NCBI GenBank assembly: GCA_963847185.1
Contig: CAWJYV010000004.1
Coordinates: forward strand, 32,001 to 96,000
Reading direction: 5' to 3'
Origin: an uncultured Methanosarcinaceae archaeon
GTDB taxonomy: Archaea; Halobacteriota; Methanosarcinia; Methanosarcinales; Methanosarcinaceae
Length of the DNA stretch: 64,000 bases
The position numbers were made by a program, and so were the translations under genes. The notes under the pieces were generated by a model, which was not told the DNA's origin, searched no databases, and worked only from the letters and a program-made list of their open reading frames with translations. Shown here in pieces: positions 31,687 to 40,387 of the stretch. How positions within the stretch are numbered: the stretch's first letter is position 1; each line of letters starts with the position of its first letter.

Positions 31687-32703
31687 CTGGTCAATTTACT
31701 CAAAGTTCATTATCCAGAGTTTACCGGCCAAATTACCAGTATCCACAAATCAATATCTGATACTGAAAACAGAAATTCTTGTTCCACTTACGCTAGGCAA
31801 ATTAGAGTTCTCACATTCGGAGAAGCTCTCTTCGATATCATTAAAGGCACGGCCCATCTCGGAGGAGCTCCCTTTAACCTTGCAGCCCATATCGCAAAAC
31901 TGGGTGCAAAACCGACTGTCCTAACAGCAGTAGGCAGGGATGAGTTTGGAAAAATCCTGCTTTCCAGGGCTGAAGAAATGGGAATTGACACATCATACAT
32001 TTTAATTAATGAAAAGAGACCAACAGGGACTGTTACTGTTGAACTGGATGATGAAGGAATCCCTATTTTCACAATCAACAAGGATGTAGCCTGGGATGCG
32101 ATCAGTCCGGACGAAGGGAAATTCAGGGCTCTTGCAGAGGAGGAATGGGACGTTTTCTGCTTCGGAACGCTTGCCCAGAGGTCAGAAGAAAACAGGAAGA
32201 CTCTTAAAAGGTTATTTTCGGAAATAAACGCAAAGCATTTCTTTTATGACGTAAACCTAAGAGCCGGGTTCTATAAAAAGGAGTGGATATTATCCTCTCT
32301 CGAACACTCTACTATTCTCAAAATGAACGAAGAAGAAGCTGCCTTTATTTCGGGCATGCTATTTGATACCAGATATGCTTGCAAAATGCTCTCTCGTCTC
32401 CTTACAGAGAAGTATCCTGAAATCTCTGTAATCTGCATAACAAAAGGCCCTGAAGGAGCTGCTGTTTATCATAACGGAGTTTATGAGGAAATAAAGACTA
32501 ATCCTGTAAATGTGGCAGATACGGTAGGAGCTGGAGATGCCTTTTCCGCAGGTTTCCTTTATACCTATCTTTCAGGATACGAAGCCTCAAAAGCCGTCTC
32601 AGTTGCCTGTATTCTTGGAACTTATGTTGCATCAAAACCGGGTGCAGTGCCTGAATATTCACGGAAACTTATAGAAAAAATGCACATGAAATTCCTCGAA
32701 TAA
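31687..32703 (+). CDS. PfkB-family carbohydrate kinase (fructokinase-like); start uncertain
   Basis: FGEALFD, GGAPFN, DVNLR, DTVGAGDAF; GGAGG SD precedes in-frame CTG 31687. Confidence 0.88.
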   Translation: MVNLLKVHYPEFTGQITSIHKSISDTENRNSCSTYARQIRVLTFGEALFDIIKGTAHLGGAPFNLAAHIAKLGAKPTVLTAVGRDEFGKILLSRAEEMGIDTSYILINEKRPTGTVTVELDDEGIPIFTINKDVAWDAISPDEGKFRALAEEEWDVFCFGTLAQRSEENRKTLKRLFSEINAKHFFYDVNLRAGFYKKEWILSSLEHSTILKMNEEEAAFISGMLFDTRYACKMLSRLLTEKYPEISVICITKGPEGAAVYHNGVYEEIKTNPVNVADTVGAGDAFSAGFLYTYLSGYEASKAVSVACILGTYVASKPGAVPEYSRKLIEKMHMKFLE

Positions 32704-33183
32704 CATGTTCAAATAAATGAAAGTAATTTTGACTTACCTTTTTTCGTTATTTGCTCTATTGTTAACTCAGGACAGTAAGGTTGTCTTTTAGGCTCTTCGC
32801 TGGTTCTTATAGGTTTAAAATAATTGACGAGTTAGAAAGTAGTCAGGCCAAAAAGAGAACATCAAGCTTGAGTGTTTTTTTGACACAACTGCTTATAAAT
32901 CTTATAATGTTCATTAACATTTAGGAGATGAACAAAAGTTACCCACTCGAAACAGCGAAGAGACATTAACTAATTAATCCCGTCTATAATCCCGTCTAAT
33001 TAACTTTATCCAGCTCACCCGCAATATTTCACTGAAATTCTTAGCCTCAAGCCATAATTTTACTAGACGGTAATGGGCGATAAGCATCCATAATCTATTC
33101 CTTCTGAAACAAGGAGGAATGTAATACTGACTCGAAAACCTCATGATGAGGTTAATTTAGAAGAATTCACAAAGTCGTTTCGG

Positions 33184-33925
33184 ATGGTATACGCGGTCTC
33201 AATAAGGAATCTTTCAAAAATCTTTACGGGAAGCTCACAGCAAATGAAAACCTGCGCTTCTTCGGGCAGATGTACGGAATCAAAAAACAGGAACTTGATG
33301 AAAAAATATATCTTCTTTTGTCTGAGATCGGGCTTAAAGCGAAAATGGATGAAAGAGTTAGTACTTTTCCAGAGGCATAAAGCAGAGGCTTTCGATTACA
33401 AGGGCTTTCTTTACAAGCCCTCTCTTCTCATTCTTCCTTTATATTCGGGACAGGGCCTTCAAATGGGATATTTATGCCCGCACAGCTGCCGAAATTTGCA
33501 CTCTTTTTCATTCCTTGTTTGTTACGGGCTCTATCTGGGCAAAGGACGCCTGGGGATGGTACTGAACCTCGGATATCAGGCTTACTACTTCCCTGGTTCT
33601 TTTCTTGTCTACCTTGCATATAGTATGCTCAGGAAATCCGTAGAAGAAGCCGAAAACAGAGCCCTTCTATCAGCAATGCTCGAAATCCTTGGCTTTATAT
33701 CGGTCCCCCTGAGCTTCTTCTTAATATGGGTCTGGCCTCAGCTCATCCTCTCATGTTCGGAGGAAACATGGGAGAAAACGGGGAAGGACTTGAAGGATTA
33801 GCTCTTCAACTGACTTTGCTTGTCAATTTTATAGCTTATTTCTGCTTTTCCTGACTCTTTTTTCCTTAAAGGTTCAGAATGAATGGATTGAAGAAGAACT
33901 TAATGAACGCCGATATACTGAATAA
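33184..33925 (+). pseudogene. Collapsed ccmA-ccmC cytochrome c maturation relic
   Basis: Out-of-frame pieces LYGKLTANENLRFFGQMYG...KQRLSITRA (ABC ATPase) and VTGSIWAKDAWGWY*..RLTTSL...GFISVPLSF (CcmC WWD region). Confidence 0.8.
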
Positions 33926-34142
33926 GAAACCGGATTTTTTCTCAGCTTATCTTTTCCTCTACCTTATTTTTCCCTCAACAATTTTTTTCAGTGACCTTCC
34001 TTCCATGCCCTTCCTGCTTTTTTATACTTCTATTTGATGACTTTGTGGGAACATAAGGAAAAAAATAATTCAGTTATTATTTTTTACTAACCGTTAGATA
34101 ACTAGGTAAACTTTTTTATAGTATTTTAACGCATTAACAAAT

Positions 34143-34235
34143 ATGATTGATAATGAATCCTGGTCAATTTTGGTCCTGATGATCCTCATTTTTGCCTCAT
34201 TAGCAACTTTTTTTGTTACGGCCTCAATTTTATAA
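34143..34235 (+). CDS. 30-aa hydrophobic micro-protein, possibly leaderless
   Basis: MIDNESWSILVLMILIFASLATFFVTASIL*; TTTTTATA ~25 nt upstream of ATG. Confidence 0.45.
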   Translation: MIDNESWSILVLMILIFASLATFFVTASIL

Positions 34236-34541
34236 ATTTGGCATTGTGCTTAAGTCAATGACTTTACCCAACCATCTCACGTGGTCACTTACTCAGAACA
34301 ACGTTTAATCAGTGAACTCCTCTTGTTATATTTACCAATTGTGAGAAGACTTAGTAAACTTTTTATCTGATTATTGCTTATTATTGATATGTTCGAGCGT
34401 CCGAATTGGTCAATTCTACTGTTTCTGGTCATAATTTTCGTATTCATCACAGTTTTTTTCGTAACCGCATCATATTTATGAATATTATATTGTTGTTTAA
34501 TCAGTGATCTTTCTCGAACACTCAAACGGCGGGTTATTGAA

Positions 34542-34619
34542 TCAAACCGCCCACGTCATGCACCAAATCGCGAACCCGAGGAACAACACCAATTCAACGA
34601 ATTCATCGAACGTAATCAT
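34542..34619 (-). CDS. 25-aa hydrophobic micro-protein
   Basis: MITFDEFVELVLFLGFAIWCMTWAV*; AGGAGAGG SD; hairpin over the stop. Confidence 0.55.
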   Translation of the reverse strand: MITFDEFVELVLFLGFAIWCMTWAV

Positions 34620-35028
34620 ATCCTCTCCTTCAATTTGCCTCTTTCCCGATACTCTTCTAACAGATCAGATTTTGTGTCCATATGTACCACCTGACCGAAA
34701 TAAGACTGGACTGAACTTATAGGGCGCGAACCACGCCATTTATTTTTATAAGGTGATAGGACTAGACAGGAAGATAGTTACTGAATTGACCGCAGATTTC
34801 TAATGCAATATGGTAATGTTCTGGAAAAAAAGAGAGCGTTAAACTGGTTTGTGGGGGAATCGATATCGATACTATTCGTTTCATGGGAGCTTATCTAAAA
34901 GGGGTACATCTTCAAGCTACGACAACGAATGCCTTTGTTGCTATTGATGTAGTTATAGCTTCTACAACCTTTTATGTTTTTGTTATTAGGTGAGTAACTT
35001 AATAACTTCCTTTTTCATGTGTTATATT

Positions 35029-35205
35029 TTATTCTGCTTCAGTTGAGTCCGTGATCTTTCTGTTCACTATGCTGTTCACTGTTTCCGAGCCAGTGGCCAC
35101 GTTACGGTACCTCTCTACGATTGCTAACCAAATCGCACAGATAGTCATAAAACAGATTACTAAAACACAGTTAATGTACTTTTTGAGTGTCATAATTAAA
35201 CTCAT
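35029..35205 (-). CDS. 58-aa single-TM small protein
   Basis: MSLIMTLKKYINCVLVICFMTICAIWLAIVERYR...; AAGGA SD. Confidence 0.5.
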   Translation of the reverse strand: MSLIMTLKKYINCVLVICFMTICAIWLAIVERYRNVATGSETVNSIVNRKITDSTEAE

Positions 35206-35419
35206 GACTATTCCTTCAATTTCATACTTCCTGACATGAAATCGACATATTCTAACTTATAGGACGCGAATATGGGCATTTATTTTAATAGGGTGATGGA
35301 ATGATAACATAGCTACTGACTAAAAGGCGGGCTTCTAATGCGATCAGGTGGGAAACGGTGACCACCACAAAAGAAGGCACTGACAAAAAAGCAATATATC
35401 GCAGAAATAAAAAGCGAGC

Positions 35420-35626
35420 TTAAGCCTGCTCCTGTAAATTAGATCCACTCAAAATAGCTATTTCAGAAACAGTTGTCATTTGTTCTATAGAACTAATTAC
35501 GTCACATAATGATTTTATTTCTGCTTCGATTTCTGATTTCTTAAGTTCCGCATTTCTTAATTTTTTTCTATACCCGTCGAGCAATTCCGCTTTTTCGCTT
35601 CCTAGCAAGAAAGCCATGTATACCAC
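35420..35626 (-). CDS. Small coiled-coil hypothetical protein
   Basis: YRKKLRNAELKKSEIEAEIKSLCDVISSIE heptad pattern; shares an upstream motif with neighbours. Confidence 0.55.
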   Translation of the reverse strand: MVYMAFLLGSEKAELLDGYRKKLRNAELKKSEIEAEIKSLCDVISSIEQMTTVSEIAILSGSNLQEQA

Positions 35627-36082
35627 CAGTCTGAGTAAGGGAAAGCGGGTATTTATATGGCACGACTCGTGTTATTTATTTTAATCGGGTGATATGAATA
35701 TCAATAGGAGTGTCACTTACTAGGTGCCGGGCTTTCAGATAAATCTTGTTTAAAAATATCACAGCTAAGTCGCATAGTCTATTTACAATACACGATCTTT
35801 ATAAATATAATAAAACTCGACTAAATAATTTCGATAACAAAATAGTCGTTATTTTTCTCATGCTTTCTTCCTTCCTCTCCCTTTTTTCTGTCTTCCTTTT
35901 TGCAGGGCCACCAGACAAAGCTGGCGGGTGTTCTCCATGAAAATTTGATGAAATGCAATTTCCGTAGGTAAGGAGATATTATACAATTGATTTTGACTAA
36001 CAAAGTTGTTTTTTCAGAAGTCTCAGGGTTTTATCACCAGGATCCAGATAACTATTTACCCTCGCCGATCCTACTTTTTTCC

Positions 36083-37180
36083 ATGATTTTTGATCCTATT
36101 AAAGTCTGCAATCTGGAACTCCAGAATCGCTTTGTAAGGTCTGCAACACATGAATTTATGGCTGAAGAAGATGGGACGCCAACCACCAGACTCGGAGATC
36201 TCTATGAAGAGCTTGCAAAAAACGAAATAGGGTTGATTGTAACAGGTTATTCTTATGTTCTTTCAGGAGGGCAAAGCGACAGATTACAGCAGGGCGTTTA
36301 TGATGACCGTTTTATAGAGCCATACAGGAAAATTACCGGGAGAGTGCACAGGCATAGAAGCAAGATCGTTCTTCAGATCGTACATGGAGGAAGGCAGGCG
36401 AATGTTTCGGATGAATATCCGGTTCCGATTGCTCCATCTGCGGTTAAAAACGGACGTTCAGCAGTGGTTCCCAGAGAAATGACTGAAACGGAAATTCTGG
36501 AAATGATTGAAGCCTTTACTCTGGCAGCTGTGCGGGCAAAAACTGCAGGTTTTGATGGGGTTCAGCTCCATTGCGCTCATGGTTTCCTGCTAAGCAGCTT
36601 TATTTCGCCTTATACTAATGTCCGGACAGATCGCTGGGGAGGTTCCATAGAAAATCGGACCCGAATTGTTACGGAAATTGTCAGGCGCATTAAAGAGGAA
36701 ACTGGAGGTGACTTTCCCATTCTTGTTAAAATGAATGCAACAGACGGTTTTCCACCCAGTTCCTCAAAAGCAGGGCTGGGACTCGATGCCCCTGAAAGCA
36801 TAGAAATTGCCAAGCTTCTTGAAAAGGCAGGGGTCTGTGCAATCGAGGTCAGCGGAGGGATAGGTGAAGCTGGAGGGGTGACTATCAGGACTGCGATCAA
36901 CTCTCCTTCAAAAGAGGCGTATTTTAAGAACTACTCAAAAATGATAAAAGCCGCCGTGAATATTCCCGTAATTCTGGTAGGAGGAATCCGATCTCTTTAT
37001 GTTATGGGATGCCTTCTTGAAAACGGATGTGCAGATCTGATTTCCATGAGCAGGGTGTTTATCAGTGAACCTGATTTTATCCCAAAACTTAAGTCTGGAA
37101 TAACAAAAAAAGCGAGATGTGTATCCTGCAACCTTTGTTTTGATCCCAAGGGGATCAGGTGCAATTTCGAGTTTGACTGA
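36083..37180 (+). CDS. NADH:flavin oxidoreductase (Old Yellow Enzyme family)
   Basis: NRFVRSATHE, AGFDGVQLHCAHGFLLSSFISP, RTDRWGGS, C-terminal CVSCNLC. Confidence 0.92.
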   Translation: MIFDPIKVCNLELQNRFVRSATHEFMAEEDGTPTTRLGDLYEELAKNEIGLIVTGYSYVLSGGQSDRLQQGVYDDRFIEPYRKITGRVHRHRSKIVLQIVHGGRQANVSDEYPVPIAPSAVKNGRSAVVPREMTETEILEMIEAFTLAAVRAKTAGFDGVQLHCAHGFLLSSFISPYTNVRTDRWGGSIENRTRIVTEIVRRIKEETGGDFPILVKMNATDGFPPSSSKAGLGLDAPESIEIAKLLEKAGVCAIEVSGGIGEAGGVTIRTAINSPSKEAYFKNYSKMIKAAVNIPVILVGGIRSLYVMGCLLENGCADLISMSRVFISEPDFIPKLKSGITKKARCVSCNLCFDPKGIRCNFEFD

Positions 37181-37624
37181 AAGCAGTACATTTCACCAAT
37201 TTCAAAGCATATATTTTTCAAAAAATTGATGAGCTCTTTATCTAAAAGAAGTTTTTTACGATACTTTACACAAAAAAACCATGTGGTATCTTATTTTACA
37301 GACATAATAGCGAGGTATTCGACTGAAATAAACATTGGTTGATAAATTGAATTTTCCTCAGTTTTTTGGAAATAACTCAAAAGAGTATTACTGGATAAAG
37401 CAGGGAAAGAATTGTTGATTTGGAATAAATATCTGTTTAAATTTAATTTCCTTTACTTGATTTCGGAACTTCCTTGCCCTACGTGCTTCCCCAAACTTCC
37501 TCTTCACTACTAAGAATGTTGTCTCTAATATTGCTTTGATTGTATTTAATATTGTCAAGGACCAAATGCAATTGTTTTCTATATCTTCTATATTTTCTCC
37601 CTTTTTATTTGCCTTAAAGGTATA

Positions 37625-37738
37625 GGTGATGGGTATGAGTCATTGAAAACCAGAAGCATAAGAATCTCTCAATATTTTTCTCAAATACGGAGGATGTACT
37701 CACTTTTCCAGAATGATCAATAACTCGCGTACACGACC
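37625..37738. mobile_element. MITE family A, forward copy
   Basis: GGTGATGGGTATGAGTCA...AAGCATAAGAATCTCTC...ATAACTCGCGTACACGACC. Confidence 0.75.
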
Positions 37739-38009
37739 AAGGTATAATTGAGTCTGATTTGATTTTATTCTCCAATATAAGTATGTATTTTTTCGGAATC
37801 ATACCTTTTGTCCATCGCCTAACATTGTGATTTTCTTACCTTATTTGATTGCCTTGTGAAAGAATGTTTGCATGTTTAATTTCATAATCTGTTTTTTGAC
37901 TAATTTTTCCATCCTAGTACTCCTTTACTTCGTGTCTGCATTTGAAGTTCACAGGTAACTTCTTCGTAGCTTCCCATTCAGCGGGAAAATAACTTGCATA
38001 AGAACTCGT

Positions 38010-38118
38010 AAGTGCCTGCAAGTTATTGATCATTCCTGAAAAAACGAGTATTACCCTACATTTGACAAAATGAAATGATTCTCGTGCTCATGTTTTTCAG
38101 TAACTCGTGGGTATGTCG
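38010..38118. mobile_element. MITE family A, degenerate reverse copy
   Basis: AGTTATTGATCATTCCTGAAAAAACGAGTA...TTTTCAGTAACTCG. Confidence 0.55.
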
Positions 38119-38220
38119 TAAACTAGAGGGCAATGTTTAAATTTCTTTACAATGTTTTACTTTACAAAGTTAGGATTTTCTTAGTACTATATAAAAAATT
38201 TAAGATAAGGGGACACATTA

Positions 38221-40032
38221 ATGAAAACTAATAAAAAATCTTGTTCCACACTTTTAGCTTCAATGATTATGATATTGTTTTTAATTCTTACTTCATCTAT
38301 GGCAACTGCAGATCCTGAGGAAAGCTCCTCGTCCATGGGGCCATATGCGTATATTACTAACTATGGTAGCAATAATATTTCTGTGATTGATACATCGAAC
38401 GATACTGTTATAGCTACTATAAATGACGGAAACTATCCTGAAGCAGTTGCAGTAAACCCGACAGGAACAAAGGTTTACGTGGCAAACAGGAATAGTGGCA
38501 TTATTTCTGTAATTGATACAGCTACAAATACGATTACAGGCACTGTTTCTGTAGGAAGCTACCCAATAGGAGTTGCGGTGAACCCGACAGGAACAAAGGT
38601 ATATGTTACAAATCGGGATAGTAACAATGTTTCTGTAATTGACGTAACCACAAACACTGTTACAGCCACGGTAGACGTAGAATTTCCTCATGGAGTTGTA
38701 GTAAATCCAGCAGGAACAAAGGTATATGTTACTAGAGAACTCGCTAGTATTGTTTCCGTAATTGACGTAGCTACAAATACTGTTACGGCCAATATTTCTG
38801 TAGGAAGCTACCCTGTTGAAGTCGAAGTCAGTCTGGACGGAACAAAATTATATGCAGTGAATCAGGAAGGAACTGTCTCAGTAATTGACACAAACACAAA
38901 TACAGTTATAGCCACAATAAACATAGGTGAAGGAAATTATCCTTTAGGAGTTGCAGTCACGCCGGATGGAACAAAAGTATATGTGACCAATTCCGGCAGC
39001 AGCACTGTCTCTGTAATTGACACAGTTACAAACAATGTTGTAGCCACAGTGGCTGTAGGAAATTATCCATTTGGGGTTTCAGTCACTCCGGATGGAACAA
39101 AGGTATATGTGGCTAATTCTTACAACAACACTGTTTCTGTAATTGACACCGCCACAAACAACGTCACAGATACGATAAATGTAGGATCTGAACCTCGTGC
39201 CTTTGGGAAGTTTATAGGTCCTCTTCGAGTACATCCTGTGGCGAATTTCAGTAGCAATGTTACTGAGGGTTATGCTCCCCTTTCTGTTCAATTTACAGAC
39301 CTATCAGAAAATGCAACAGTGTGGTATTGGGACTTTGGAGATGTATCTAATTCAACCGAGCAGAATCCAACGCATACTTACTCTACAGCAGGAAACTATA
39401 CGGTTAACCTGACAGTAAGCAATGCAGTGGGCAATAATACTCTAACAAAATATGAGTATATACGCGTAGCTCCTAGTCTAACTCAGATTACATATTTCGA
39501 GGATGGGGAAAGCACTGCAAACTGGACAAACATGTCAGGCGGTATGATCGAATCATCAGCGGCAAGAGTATACAGCGGCAACCATTCGTTCAAATATACA
39601 GATCTATCTGCCACTAAATATAATGATGACTGCACATTTATGTTGCCTGTAGAGACAACTAATGCAACTGTAGAATGGTATGCAAACCCAAGTCAAAATA
39701 AAACATATTCGAGGCTTACTATTTTAGACGGAAATGCATCTAGTAAGAGAGGTCCTTGGACTGTATTCGGAGATAATGGACAGATTCAATATTGGGACGA
39801 AGCAAGCTGGCATAATGTAAAAAGATATTCAGCAGGCAACTGGTATCATTTCAAACTGGTGGTGAAATCTGGAACTAAATATGATTTGTACGTGGATGAT
39901 ACCCTAGTAGCAAGCGACATCAACACACAGAATCCAGCTAAAGTCTATGATAGGGTAGTAATTTTTGGATTCAATGTCGCTGGCAGTTCATGTTATTATG
40001 ATAATATTAATATAACAGTGCCGAGAGGCTAA
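38221..40032 (+). CDS. Cell-surface protein: YVTN beta-propeller + PKD + beta-sandwich module
   Basis: Signal peptide, seven YVTN/YVAN repeats, WYWDFGD PKD, C-terminal FEDGE...YYDNI domain. Confidence 0.92.
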   Translation: MKTNKKSCSTLLASMIMILFLILTSSMATADPEESSSSMGPYAYITNYGSNNISVIDTSNDTVIATINDGNYPEAVAVNPTGTKVYVANRNSGIISVIDTATNTITGTVSVGSYPIGVAVNPTGTKVYVTNRDSNNVSVIDVTTNTVTATVDVEFPHGVVVNPAGTKVYVTRELASIVSVIDVATNTVTANISVGSYPVEVEVSLDGTKLYAVNQEGTVSVIDTNTNTVIATINIGEGNYPLGVAVTPDGTKVYVTNSGSSTVSVIDTVTNNVVATVAVGNYPFGVSVTPDGTKVYVANSYNNTVSVIDTATNNVTDTINVGSEPRAFGKFIGPLRVHPVANFSSNVTEGYAPLSVQFTDLSENATVWYWDFGDVSNSTEQNPTHTYSTAGNYTVNLTVSNAVGNNTLTKYEYIRVAPSLTQITYFEDGESTANWTNMSGGMIESSAARVYSGNHSFKYTDLSATKYNDDCTFMLPVETTNATVEWYANPSQNKTYSRLTILDGNASSKRGPWTVFGDNGQIQYWDEASWHNVKRYSAGNWYHFKLVVKSGTKYDLYVDDTLVASDINTQNPAKVYDRVVIFGFNVAGSSCYYDNINITVPRG

Positions 40033-40120
40033 GTTCTTGCAATCACTTCTACATTTCATTTTTTTCAATGGTAATGTAGCGAAAGTTCTGTAAGTGCGAC
40101 AAGAAGTTATGTCATAAATG

Positions 40121-40240
40121 GCTCTGTAGAAATCCTCTGAAACAGCGAATCTTCATTAATTTGAACTGAATAACCTGATACACTTTTATTGATCTGATTT
40201 CAGTCTCTTGTAGTTGAATTAAAAAGGTTTTCTACAGAGC
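40121..40240. mobile_element. 120-bp MITE C
   Basis: Perfect 12-bp TIR GCTCTGTAGAAA / TTTCTACAGAGC. Confidence 0.75.
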
Positions 40241-40387
40241 AATAAGCTCTACAATAAAATCCGTTTTTATTTCTATTTCAAAAAATCTATGATACGGGTA
40301 AGTGTCAATTACTAACATTTTTATAGGAAAAAGAAACTATATATGAAATACTGTATGAAAAATTTTATGAAGATTAATGGAAATAAG

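Noticed and set aside
33184-33801. 205-aa ORF as a real protein
   Set aside because: Chimeric frame crossing frameshifted ccmA and ccmC fragments
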